In this document: positions 11,962-25,599 of the stretch, piece by piece
Position numbering within the stretch: position 1 is the first letter of the stretch
How the letters are laid out: every line of letters starts with the position of its first letter
NCBI RefSeq assembly: GCF_021869535.1
Contig: NW_026262581.1
Location: 48,546,001-48,610,000, forward strand
Origin: Mytilus californianus
Taxonomy: Eukaryota
DNA length: 64,000 nucleotides
Reading direction: 5' to 3'
The notes under the pieces: model-generated
What the model saw: the letters and a program-made list of their open reading frames with translations, nothing else
Told to the model about the DNA's origin: nothing
Database searches by the model: none
Translations under genes and position numbers: made by a program

Positions 11962-13340
11962 TCATCGTGTGTATCCATTGGACGGCCTTCTTCGACAAAT
12001 CATGTGACAATTAACAGTTGCACAGTATTTGTTTGTTGGACAATCTCCATCACGATGACATTCCTTTTTGCAACCAGTTTTTCCTCCTACCATTGACTGA
12101 GAAACTACTCCTGAACCTGAAGAACTAACTGATCCACTTCGTCTTAAGGAAACTGTGTCTAATACATCTAGCCCACTTCGTCTAGAGGTAATTGCGTCAA
12201 GAATATCCGAACCTGTATGACCAGATATTGCACGGCTTTTACCAATAGTTTCCAAATGAGAATTGCTAGATAGGTCCAAATTTCTAGCCAGACCGGATGA
12301 ACCAATTCTGCTGCCAGAGGATAAATGTCCATCATTACTTGAAACTCTGGTCAAGCCAGATGATGAACCTCTAATTATTTCTGAGACTGTGTTTCCCCTT
12401 CTTATAGAGTCCGACAATCCAGATGCACCAATTCTACTTCCAGAAGAAATATCGACGCAGTAACTGCTACAACCATCATGTACACATTTATGGCCTGAAC
12501 GACATAATTTGTCACCTCCACACCCATAATGGCACTTACTGATACTGTCATCGTCAGATAAAGCACGGGACATACCAACTGAAGAACCTCTAATGATTTC
12601 AGATACAGAGGTCCTGTCTCCAACAGAACCCCCAGATAGTCCTCTTCTTCCTGATGACCCGCGTGTTATAAATTCATTGCCTATTCCATGGGATGTTCCA
12701 ACAGCTCTTGATCCTGTTCGTCTATTTGCATCAATTACATCCAGTACTGAAAGGGATCCGCCACCACGAAGCCCGTGTATGTTTCTTCCAACTGTGTTTT
12801 CGGCCTGTAAAACCTTTTTCACTCCATGTATATCTAATGCGTGCTTGTCTGTTGGTGAATAGGCTGTAAAATTAAATAGACAATCTTGTTATCTTCAGAA
12901 AACAAGAAATAACGATATCTAGTATCATTGCCAATAAGACAATATTGCCAATTAAAGGACGAGGTTGTTAACAATTGCAAGAGCTTTCGGTTTCAGCACT
13001 GAACAAATCCCATACTGTATAGCAAGCTATAAAAGACCCCCCCCCCCATGATAAAATGTTTAACAGTCAATACACTAAACCAATCGTTTTGATCTTTGTC
13101 ATTATAATTTAAAAAACTATACAGATGCTGGCAATATACTTTCATATAATTATGTACGAAATTTATCTATGTTTAAGAACATTTTGGCGGTAAGACATTT
13201 GGATTTTATCTACATATCGAAAAACACTTTTGTTAAACACAGCTTATGAATTTCTAGAAATAAAATCGAATATTTTCTTTACCGAATACTGTCATTGTGG
13301 TCAATGCCGTCAAAAAGAATATGGTCTGGAATCTCATCAT
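11962..13340 (-). CDS. G2: secreted Ser/Gly/Arg-rich protein with two 6-Cys WAP-like modules (~319 aa)
   Basis: Coding exon 2 is 13340-13283 (MMRFQTIFFLTALTTMTVF, phase-1 GTAAAG donor). Exon 3 is 12863-11962 (after ttacag, TGA stop) and open throughout. ATTAAA at 11898-11903. Confidence 0.88.
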
Positions 13341-14934
13341 CTCTTGAAATTCTGAAATTTAAAGGATAAAAATCATTTCTAAGAAAAAAAAAACTTCACA
13401 CATTTAATCTTAATACGAATCAGTAGATAGCAAAATAGTGCTTGCTTTTACTATACACCTGCAAGACAGTTAAATTTTGTAAACAATACTCATCGAGGCT
13501 TATATTACTTTGGGGGATATAAAATTTCATACTGAGCCAAAATGTAGATTGTATTGTAACTGGTTATTCAAACATGAGGTATTGTGTAAGGATTATACCC
13601 GAAGAAGGCATGTGAATAAAAAAATGTCTGAAAGTCGATAGAATATTGAAATGAATATTTAAAGACAACAATATATAATGCATTTTGAAACTAGAAAACA
13701 AAGTAAGAAAATATGGAAAGGATGTCTATATTTCGGCCGTTTTTATCTTTTCTAAGGGATATCTTCGAAATAAGAAAAGAGAAAACTAAACCGAATGTGG
13801 ACAATGTGTCCTTAATAAAAGCACGAATGGCACCAATACCGATGCACCAGATGCGCATGTTGACAATTAATGTCTCTTAAGTGATAATCGATGCAAAAAT
13901 ATTTCAGAATAAAAAATGTTAAACTAGCTTTGAAATGCTGAATAAAAAAGAAACTAAAGTATAGCCAAATCTTGGGGAAGGAAGCAGAGCAATAAATCGT
14001 AAAAATCAAGCTTTAATCTTAACACTATTTGATTTTTCAAGCTTCAATTTTTAACACTATTTGATATTTCAGAGAGATTAGGTTGAAATTACAATATAGA
14101 AAGATATGTTAGATATCGATCCGCAAATTAACAAATAAAGAAAAGGGGATTGAAGCAAAATATAAATCTCGAACTTGCATAACATTCATTGATTGTCAAG
14201 TTTAGTATGAAATAGACATTTACTTTTTACAGTATTTAAACTTCAGAAAGGAACATAACTTTGTATATTTATTCCGATAGACTTAAAAACACAGCAGCGA
14301 AAATCAGTTGTGCTAATAAATAATACTTTGATGCAGTACTTTGTTACTGTATCGTACACTAAATTACTTAGATCAATACAAAAATTTTGAACTATGCACA
14401 ACGCTTTAGCCTTTATAAATCATTTATCTTAAATCTTTTTGTGTCATTCTTTGTAAGAATCATCCAATTTTGAAAAAAATAAAAACATGGCAGAAAAAAA
14501 CCCACCGACTTAACCATTCTATTTTGAAGTTACCCTCATCCTGAGTTAGAAATGGTAGATCTTTAATTTCTGCGTGTCTGGTAAGTCAAGAAATTTCTAA
14601 ATAACTTTTGGTTAGAATGATAGTAAAATACGGACTTAGCTCCACTTAATTGTTAATTTCTAGTGCATTTCAATCAATTTATATCTTGAATTATCAAAAT
14701 TGGAAAAGGAAAAGAATGTTATATTTGTGCACCATTATACATTTTGAACATGAATTAATGTCAACTTGAGTGGGTTTTTGTTTGTCATGTTTTCACCACT
14801 GCCCGATTCTTAGGCAGATTGGCACTTAAAATGACTTATTTCTTGTCTTTGTTACTATTGAATTATTTATGTTTTGTATATTTATCATATTTATTTATAA
14901 TAATAGCTATGATTAAGCTTCGATAATTTCTTAC

Positions 14935-15003
14935 CTTTGTTTCTAGCAATTGGAATTATTTCTAATGAATAGTGTTTTACTGCTTCCGAATCGTCCTTTT
15001 ATA
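14935..15003 (-). promoter_or_regulatory. G2 TATA box and 39-nt non-coding exon 1
   Basis: TATAAAAG 14996-15003, inferred TSS ~14973, exon ends ...AAACAAAG|GTAAG at 14935. The geometry matches G3-G6. Confidence 0.75.
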
Positions 15004-15896
15004 CTGACTTCAATTATTTGGTTTATCATAGACATGTGCACAAGGAAATTTGTAAGTGAACCGCAAATGATGAATTCGTTAAATTTAGTTTAAACTTTAA
15101 ATGTCACGTTCTCGTTGTACTAATAAATTGCAGATTACATAAAGAAATGTACCAAGGATCAATAACAAATTTTGTTTCCTCGTACATCATATATATTTTC
15201 CATTACATCATAATACATGTAGGTATTATGAAATATTTCTTTCACCTATTGGTAATATTCTCAAAGAAACGCATTATATATTTGGTAGAAGCCAGAGACT
15301 TGTACAGTTTAGAAAAAATTATATGAACTGAAGTCGTTTATTTCCTTATAGACGGTATTATTTTTCGTTGAATTGTTTGGAAAACTACTGCATGATAATT
15401 ATTTAAGTTGACGTTGGAAAACTTATCTTAGTTATAAGAATTTCAATCTAAAACGTCAGACTCGCAATCTATCTGCACATGATTCACTAGTCTTGTTCGA
15501 AGCAAAACAGGGCTCAATGCAAAATTAATTACGAATTTAAAGAGAATGAAAACCAAGAATTCCTCAAAAAATTGCGTCAAATCTGGCTACTGTCAACTTT
15601 GTCTTTGGGTAACATTTTTTTGTGAAATGTAAACTTTCATACAGTAATCTTTTATCTCAACAAAGGTAAGATGATTACTGGTCAGATGGGACAAAACGTC
15701 TTCCAGCAGTGGTTTCGACCCAGGTGTGGTAAAATTCAGCGACACGATGAATATGTAGTTGTCACGGGTTCTCCCGCGCTTCAGATATTGTTTGCAATAA
15801 GAACAAAATACTTTTCTAACTTTAACCAACTCTCTTTATCCTTTCAAGACGACTAAGAGCTTAAAATAAAGTGTGGGCACCTGTCTGTAGTCTAAG

Positions 15897-16200
15897 AGAT
15901 ATAAGACGTTGTGGTATGAGTGCCAATGAAACAACTCTCCAACCAAGTCACAATTTATAAAAGTAAACCATTATAGGTCAAAGTACAGTCTTCAACACGG
16001 AGCCTTGGCTCACACCACACAGCAAGCTATAAAGGGCTTAAAAAAATACTAGTGTAAAACCATTCAAACAGGAAAACCAACGGTCTTATCTATATAAAAA
16101 CGAGAAACAAGAAAACTTATGAACCACATCAACAAACGACAACTACTGAACATCAGATTCCTGACTTAGGACAGGTGCAAACAATTGCAGCGGGTTTAAA
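15897..16200 (-). mobile_element. Family C insertion (~300 bp, Penelope-linked 3' end)
   Basis: On + it starts agatataagacgttgtggtatgagtgccaatg. It has an AAGA target duplication, and the paralogous site near 44985 is empty. Confidence 0.8.
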
Positions 16201-19200
16201 GACTATATCTTACCCTAAAGATGTCTTTTTTTTAATTTTTGTCGATGGATTGCTATCTCTTAGACATGCATCCACATCTCCTCATTCATAACTTTCTCAA
16301 TTCTGATTTTGTTCACATTAAGTTCGAAGTCATAATTTCAATAATGCATTTAATTTTTGAAGTAATCTTCATAGTAGTTTAGTAGATGTTCAATCTCATC
16401 AAAGATACCAGGTTATAATTTAGTACGCTAGACGCTCGTTTCATCTACATATAACTCATCTGTGGTGATCGAAATTTAAACAGCTGGAAGACCAGATAAA
16501 AAACAAAGCTGAAGAGCATTGAACCATTTAGTCAGTGTGACCATCATACCATTTAAAATATCATATTATTTGACATAACTTTGCTTTGTTCTAAATTTTT
16601 TATCAATCAAACCTAAAAAGGGATTGTACATCTATCTACATTTCATTCCTGCAAATTAACTCACATAAAGATTTGGATCTTAAATAACATTTTAGGGATT
16701 TTCATTTTTTGTTTGGCGAGACAATATCATAAACAGGTATACGTCGAAAAAAATCCTTTTAAATTTCTTTTCCATGTTGAAGTTTGATTCGAACTTTATC
16801 CAGCCATCAAAAATAATGTAAATTGGATTTTGATAAAATCAAAGCTTAATATTTATATCAGATTTTGTGTGTTACCTTGAGTTGTAATTTATTAATCGGA
16901 TAATGTGATTTGACATTGATAAACTGTTGTTGCTGCACATCATTTCAACAAGCATCAATTGAAGACAACAATCTAGATATGAAAAATAATAATTTGGGGG
17001 AAACCACGGCGATATAAAAAAAACTCATCAGATGAAAGAAAATGAAAAAAACCATTGCAATAAAAAAAAAAAGAAAGAAAGACGACGAAAAGACAAACCA
17101 GTTCACAAAACATTACAAAGATAACTAATAAATAAACAACACAAACCCCATCAATAACTCACACATTCTTGATAAATGTGAAATGTAAGCACTCACTAAC
17201 AAATAAAGGAGCACGTCAATTTGTCTGAAAGAGAAATTAAAATATTTTTTAATTTATTTTCTTCTCTATGAGAACAATTTTGTTTCAATTCTGTTTCATA
17301 AGAGATAAAGAAATAGTTTTTACTAACTTATTTACATTTATGTTAATTTCGTCAACATGTTCCTTTTAACATTGTTTCTGATAGATAGTAAACCTTAAAT
17401 TTTCAATCTGAACGTCTTAATTGGTATTTTACAACAGTTCTGCAAAAAAACATTGTAGTGTACATTTGTGTCATTACGCCCTTTGTATTTATAAAGATAG
17501 TATTCTTTATTTTTTTTATTGTTACAATTTCTATATTGCACATTTTCTGTAGCATGTTACTAATTTAATAGCTTTGAACTTTGTATTCTTCAGTTTAGCT
17601 TATCTTTTAAGGGAAGCACTGTTTAGTAAGATATAACTTATTTCACTATGTTAGTATTAATAATATAACTCATCTCACAAAATTTATTATAAAGCTATCA
17701 AATTATATCAATAGGTTCATTATATTTGTATATTTCATCATGTTCATGTTGGAACAATTTACTAAGTGTCTAGTGTCATGCACTTAGGAATGGCAAGCAT
17801 ATTTATCAAATAGAATAGAATCATTCTCAACACAACTATCTAACATTTTCTAAAGTATGTGTATAACATGTTTAACTTTAAATTCATTGGTAGACTAAGG
17901 CAACGATGTCCAAACATATAGATACCAGTTCATGACTTCGTAATCTGTTGGTACTAAGTACAATTCCTTGAAACTTAAGGTAAACGTGGTGGTAAAGTAA
18001 TCTATATTTTTTGGCACTAAGAAATATTGTGGTGGCACATCCTGCTGTTTGGATTGCATATTAAACATTACTTAATATTCATGTCAGGGCAATTTCTGGT
18101 TGATCTTGAGTAAAAATCTATTAAAACTGTTCCAATTAATAAATCTCTTGTTCAAAGCTTGAAGTGATTGGGAATAACTGCAAAATTATATGGAATGATA
18201 CTCTGGACCAACATGTTAAGGAATCAAGAACCGGTATCTATCAATTTGTTATCCTATTTTTCCATACAGATTCCCTAAACTCACGTGGTGAGTTTAAAAG
18301 ATATAAGCAATATAATTAACTACCATTTTTAACTGCATATTTATTATCTTGCGAAAAATGTGAACATTTTTTCTTTGGAGATAGGCAAGTTTTTACTGTC
18401 CGCTTTAGCAACTATTCGCCATTGACTGATGTGATGATCTTAATTCACCAATCTTATTAGTTACGTGCTATGAGTTAGACCAACCGTTCCAATGGAATCA
18501 ACAATGGTATGGAAAGTTTGCAAAGGTGTTTCGATTTAAAAAAGACATGATTTTAAAAAAGTTGGTCTATGGTTTAAAATGTACTACTCTACGTAAATTT
18601 TGTTCGGGCATGCAAAACATGCGATCGTATATAACTTCTTGATACAAAGATGACGCTGGTATCGTTAATGTTATTAAAAAGTTGTTATTATGCTTTTGAT
18701 AAAAAATCTATGTGCGGCAAAAAATTAGTATCCAAGTACATAAATACATCAGGAATCATTTAAAGCTTTTAATGCCCGAACTTTCAGTTAACAAAAAATG
18801 CGAAACATAAATGGTGAAACGCTTTAATTTGTAGAAGACGAAATTCCACCAAAATGGTCAAGTGGCTTTGTTACATTTGTGATCGTCTTAACAACTGGGG
18901 AATAGATAATTGAAACCTCATTTTTATTTTGAAAGATTTTCAACATCAAATCAAAGTCAGAATTCACCTTATATTTATTTCATTCCGTAGAACATCTGTG
19001 AAATTCGGTAAACTACAGTTGCCATAATTTAGAGCTATACAAAATTTTTAAAAAGAAAAGCTTAAAGACATTTCTTTAAAATCGAAACAATAGAAACAAT
19101 AGAAACACTAATTAATGATTTTTGAACCATATTTTTGAAAATATAAAATTGCCAACTTTCACAAAGAAATCAATGGGGCTATAATTCAGTGGTTTTATTC

Positions 19201-21453
19201 TTATGACTGATAAGCTTGGCAAATTTAAATTTTAGAAGTTATACCCATTACAATCAAAGTTGATAACATTTGTTGTTAGTAATCATGTTACATCTATTTC
19301 TTTTGAAAAACTTATGTTGGTGTAAAATTACAGCCCATAAACTGATAAAATAGGTATTTCAGCATTATCTGGTGATTTAATATGAAAGTATTAAGGCTTT
19401 ACCTGAAGTTTCAATTTTTTCATTATGTTGAAATCAATGGAACATATATGTTATGCCTTGTTTATAGTAAAATGATAGCTTTTTGTCAAATTATCATGTG
19501 ACTTTCCATATGTTATTGGGTTTCTTATCATTGTATCATTTTATAGACTTAATAAATTGGTATATACTTATATGAATTCATAAATCTCACTTGAAATGCA
19601 ATCTTCAACCAGTTTATCAATTTGTCAACTGGTAATAACACAATTTGCTCTTGTTGATCAATTTAACTACATAAAAACGTATGGAGTTTTTACCAAAAAC
19701 ATCCCTTATCTAACTTCCAGAAAAACAGAGGGGACAAATTTATCAATGAATTTAAGTTTTTATTGCTCATATATTACTACCAGTTCGTTTGGCCTGAGCT
19801 GAATTCAGCAAAATAGTGTTGGACAAAGTCTTTATGTGTTTTTCTTTGCTAGAAATAGATCATGGAATGAAATTAAGTAAAGCAATAGTCAATATAGCAA
19901 GTTAGGTTCTGTTACCACTAATTCAGGCCCGATCAGAAAGAACATACAAGAAAGTAGAACGTATTTAAAACAAAATAGTTCTACGCATACTGTTGCTTTG
20001 TCAATAAGAAAAAAATATCGATAATTTTAATTGGTATCAAATGAAGGCTAAATAACTTGAGATTAATGTAAAACCCTTTTTGCATATTTCTTTCGAATGA
20101 TAATTTATTTTTTATATAAAACATATTTCCTCTGTCGCTCAAATCAGAAGAACTCGTACTATCAAACTTCGGTGCACTCTAATATGCAATTAAAGGTATA
20201 TCGAATTATACAGCACACGTCAGGATAAGGTATATAGTTTTGACATGAAATGATCGTCACTTTATTCAAACTTAAGACAAAATAGCTATGAATGCTTGAA
20301 ATTGCAGAATTCAACAAAGAAAGCATTCATAACTTTGAACTAGTGGCTTTATTCTTAAAGACGACGTCTTAACTCACGAGGGTTCAATCGTTCGTGTACC
20401 ACTTAAGGAAAAGAAAATACTTACCTTTGTTAGATCATCCAAGATCTCCCGAAATAAGTCGGGTGAATATTTTTTATATGTTATTTGTTTATTAAACATT
20501 GTTTGTGTTGCTGTCCCAAGTTTTTTTTCTGCAGCGGAATTGTCTGTATTTTTTGTATTTTATACTTTTTGAAGTAGTTTTACCTATCATTTGAAGTGTT
20601 GTAAAGTTTTATTTGCTGTGGACATCAATTTGTTTTCAGAAAGATTCTTTCTTACACAACTGCATTTTTATGTTTATCTAGTTAACTTAAAGAAACAGTG
20701 GTTACCTCATGAAAAGTAAAACAGTGATAGATGTAGAAAACAATAACGGTTCAACACTTCTTCTGTTTTTTTAAGTGGCTGCTATGATAAAAGTCGATGT
20801 TTGTAATTAACTATCTTAAAAGTGACCATTACCTTAAATGTTTGTATTTACTTGCCTTATGTTAAGTCGGGATTATGTTGGTTGACGTTCCAAAAATGCA
20901 CGTAATTTTGAATTACAGTCTAAGTAATATTAAAAGAAATAATATTCATTTAAAGACAAAAAACGCTTGAGAGTTAAGACATTTTCGAGTTTGTTTGTAT
21001 CGGTGAACCACCAGTTTATGTATGCAACAAAATACCAATTTCCTTTCAGATTGTACTAAACTTGTGTAGTTGTGGTTTCGGTCGTTTTTCTTCATAACTC
21101 TTATCAGCAAAAACACTTTTGTAATATCGCGAAACCCGTTTGATTGATGAGTTTTTTTAAGGGGTTATAGCCTTAGTCGACTGGTTATGTCAATACTTTA
21201 GCATCAGTCCTGGTTACTTGTTCTACAAAGAAATATAGAACCAGAATGCATATTGTATGTCGTAGAGAAGATAGATGTTTCGGGCGCAGCAAAATTGTAA
21301 AGTGTCACAGTCATTTTTTTGCTATTAAAGACCGAATCTGTATATTTCCTTAACAAATAAGAACAATCCTCACATAAGACCTGTTATCATATAACTGATA
21401 TTTTATTGCAATACCCTGTGTTATACAAGATTCAATTTGTAATAAAGCTTTGA

Positions 21454-21711
21454 GGTTTGGCTAGCCACAAAACCAGGTTCAACCCACCATTTTTTTTCTT
21501 AAAATGTCCTGTACCAAGTCAGGAAAATGGCCATTGTTATATTATAGTTCGTTTCTGTGTGTGTTACATTTTAATGTTGTGTTTCTGTTGTGTCGTAATT
21601 CTCTTATATTTGATGTGTTTCCCTCAGTTTTAGTTTGTAACCCGTATTCATTTTTTTCTCAATCGATTTATGAATTTTGAACAGCGGTATACTACTGTTG
21701 CCTTTATTTGA
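21454..21711 (+). mobile_element. Family B insertion with TTTGA TSD
   Basis: TTTGA occurs at 21449-21453 and 21707-21711. The paralogous site near 48960 is empty. Confidence 0.8.
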
Positions 21712-22095
21712 TATATTTTGATCTCTTTTATATTGTGTTAATGTGAAATTGAACACTTTTTGTCATGCTAAATGTAGTCATAAAAATTTTTAACATATGT
21801 GTGCTAGCACATGAGTTTTTTTCTTAACATTTTCCAGTGTAAATGATAGTATTTTTTTCAACACTGAAGCATATCCTTAGATGTCCACTAAAAACTTTGA
21901 AAGAATCGTTTTCATGTTTTATTGTGGTGATTGGTAGCTGTCTTATTGACGTCTATAATATGTGTGTTTGATTTTCGTTTTTTAAATATATCTAAAAGGG
22001 ATGAAAAATACAACATATATTAAAAATTGGAAACGGTATTCAACATTTAATTTTATTAAAAATAATACTGTGTGTGTCAAATGTGGATTTCGGTG

Positions 22096-23452
22096 TTATC
22101 CTCGTGTGTATCCATTAGATGGCCTTCTTCGACAAATCATGTGACAATTAACAGTTGCACAGTATTTGTTGCTTGGACAATCTCTATCAGCAAGACAGTC
22201 TTTTTTACAACTAATTTTCCCATTTAATACTGACTGGGAAACGACTCCTGAACCAGAAGTACGTACTGATCCACCACGTCTTAAAGAAACTGTGTCTAAT
22301 ACATCAAGTCCACTTCTTCTAAGGTTGGTTGCGTCAAGCATATCAGACCCTGTATGACCAGACATTGCACGGCTTCTACCTTTAGTTTCCAAATGAGCAT
22401 TGCTAGATAGGTCCAAATTTCTAGCCAGACCTGATGAACCAATTATGCTGCCAGAGGATAAATGACCATCATTACTTGAAACTCTGGTTAAACCAGATGA
22501 TAAACTTCTAATTATTTCCCTCCTTATAGAGTCCGACAATCCAGATGCACCAATTATACTTCCAGAAGAAATTTCAACGCAGTAGCTGCTACATCCATTA
22601 TGAATACATTTATGTCCTGATCGACACAATTTATCTCCTCCACACCCATAATGACAGTTACTGATACTGTCATCGTCAGATAAAGCACGTGACATACCAA
22701 CTGAGGAGCCTCTAATGATTTCAGATACAGATGTCCTGCCTCCAACAGAACCCCCAGACAATCTCGTACTGCCGGATAACCCACGTATTATAAATTCGTT
22801 TCCTATTCCATGAGATGTTCCAACTGCTCTTGATCCTGCTCGTCTATTTGCATCAATATGATCTAGTACTGAAAGAGATCCGCTACCACGACGCCCGTTT
22901 ATAGCTCTTCCAGATGTGTTTTCGACCTGTAAAATCTTCTTCACTCCATGAATGTCTAATGCATGCTTTTCTGTTGGTGCGTAGGCTGTAAGATTAAATA
23001 TATAATAATCTTTACAATCTTCACAATACAAGTAATACAAAAAAAAAATATAGGTGAACTACTATCTTTATATCTGCCAATAAGACAACTAATGGATGAT
23101 ATAAACAATTGCAGTGACCTTACGGTTTCAGTCGTAAGCAAAGTGCATACCACATATTAAGCTATAAATGAACCCACATAACAAAATGGGAAACAAATCA
23201 AAATTCAAGAGCATTCTTTTCAAACTTTTACATTGTAATTCACAAAAAATATGTAGACGTTGGTAATAATATTTTTTATGTACTTTAGTTATATATTTTT
23301 TTTTTACTTTTCTGCAGTAAGGTATTTATCTCAACATCGAAAACACTTTCGTTAAAACAGCCTATAAATCTAGAAAAAAGCAACATTTTCTTACCGGCTA
23401 CTATCATTGTGGTCACTGCCATCGATAAGAATGTGGTCTGGAATCTCATCAT
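22096..23452 (-). CDS. G3: same family (~315 aa)
   Basis: Coding exon 2 is 23452-23395 (MMRFQTTFLSMAVTTMIVA, GTAAG). Exon 3 is 22985-22096 with a TAA stop. The ancestral TGA has become GGA, adding one Gly. AATAAA at 22052-22057. Confidence 0.88.
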
Positions 23453-24630
23453 CTCTTCAAGAATTCTGAAAATAACAGGATAAACCTTGTTTCTCAGAAA
23501 ATCATAATTGATACTTTAAATACGAATCAGTTTATAAAATCTTTTTTGTATTTACATGTTTTTACTATAAACCTGCTAGAAACAATCTGCAGCGATATTT
23601 ATACTTGTTTTGGGTATAAAAAATGACAGAATATCTTTATTCGAAGCCGAATTGTAGGATTTATTGTGCTTGCCTTCGAGCTACAAATTGTTCAAAATTG
23701 AAATATTGTGTAAGGTTATATCTGGAAAAGCCGTTGTTATGTTAATTACAAAAACCTCACTATCGTTAAAACTTTGAAATTAAGTGTTTGAAAACAGCTT
23801 TTCTAAAGTTTATTCTGAAAATAGAAGACTCAATAGGAAAAGTTGGAAGGGGACCTATATTTCGACTTTTATTGTTTAAAAACGGAAATATTTGAAAAAT
23901 AAAACCGAAACAACCAACTTAATGTGAACATTATGGCCTAAATATTTACAAGTCAGATGCTCGATTCGACAATTAATGGATCTTCTGTGATTCTCAAGCC
24001 AAACATATGTGAACATCCACGATTTAATACCGGCCATGAAGAGCTGATCATACAAAAAAATAGAGTATAACAACTTCTAGACAAGGAATTGGAGCAATTT
24101 ACCATGAAATATAAGGTTCAATTTATTATACAATATGGGTTGACATTAAAAGTTCGAAAAATATGATAGAAATAGTTTTACAAGTTAACAAATTAAAAAA
24201 AAAAAAGGGATGAAGCATAATATAAATCTCGAACTTCTATCACTTAAATTGATTCTTAATATCTCAAAAAATTAATTTAGTCGGGTTTTCATTTTCGATA
24301 GATTTTAAAAGGCAGACAAAATCATATGTGTTGCTAAAATATGCTTTGAAGCAGTTTTTTGTTTTAATACTTTTTTCTTACTATTCTATTACAGAAATGT
24401 AAACAATCCACAACTTTCACTATACTATTCTTTATAAAAGTAAATTGAACTGTTTCGTTCTGCCAAGGGAGCAAATGCTTCTTTAGAAGTATCGAATTAT
24501 CCTAATGCTTTAAACTTAATAAATTCTAATTCTATAATGATTTATTTCCTGCTATCTTTGTCACTATTGTATTATTGTTTTGTTTATTTATCATATTTAT
24601 TCATAAATAATTGTTACCTATAAACCTTAC

Positions 24631-24699
24631 CTTTCTTTGAAGTTATTCGAAGGATTTCTTATGAATACTGTTTCACTGCTACAAAATCGTTCTTTTATA
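24631..24699 (-). promoter_or_regulatory. G3 TATA box and non-coding exon 1
   Basis: TATAAAAG 24692-24699, CAGT initiator-like site at 24669, donor GTAAG after 24631. Confidence 0.75.
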
Positions 24700-25599
24700 C
24701 GGTATCAATTTTTTGTTTATGATTGACATGCACACAAGGAAATTTGTAACTGAACCACAAATGATGAATTCGCTAATTATAGTGAAAAACATTCAATGTC
24801 ACGACGATATCGTAGTACTACAAAATTGCGGATTATGCATATATCAGGATATGTACTAAGGTTCAATAACACATTTTTTTTCCTCCTACAACAAACATAT
24901 TTTTCATGACATCATAAACTTTAATGTTCCCATGTCTTATTTCAATGAAATTGTAGATTATGCATATGTTTACTTTTTAAAATGTATTAAAGCTGAAAAA
25001 TTGTCCTACAACAGACATATTTGTCATTATGTAATAATACATGTAGTTATTACGAAATATCGTTTTGACTTTTAAACAATCTGGTTAAATATGCATGTTA
25101 TTAATTTCGTTGTAATCAGAAACTTGCACTGTTTTAATATTAATTAACCGAAAGCATTTTATTTCCTCATGGTATGGACGTTATTGTTTATTAATTGATT
25201 TGCTTGAAACCCATTGCTTGATATTCTGTTCAACTGCTGTTAGAAACACAGCGATTATTTAGACTCATTGCGTTTCTGATTTTACCATGCTTGAGATTAC
25301 GCTAAGAAAAAGGTCGGGAACCATTCTCAGTTAACACCAAACCATTGAACAATAAAATACTTCTCGGTTTTCATGTATCTTCGAGATCTTCTCTTCATGC
25401 TCCGTCATTTTACGTTATAATCATTATCATAAAACTCACATTTAAAAGGATTTGACATCATTTTAGTCGATCTAAATAACGAACCATTCAAACTATTTAT
25501 ATTCTCTTTGATTTACGTCTACATATGTATCAACCCTAAAATTTGTTTTACAGGGTTGGATGGAAGAACACTTCATTTCGTTTTTTCATTAACAGAGGT

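Noticed and set aside
19596-19802. Paralogous short ORFs MQSSTSLSICQL (19596, 47065) and MIMFSCLFLI (39580, 59006)
   Set aside because: The similarity comes from segmental duplication. Frames break at different places and no family motif is visible.
22926-22935. Internal ttttacag|GTC as the exon 3 acceptor
   Set aside because: G4 has CAA there, so no AG. Its phase 0 also does not fit the phase-1 donor of exon 2.
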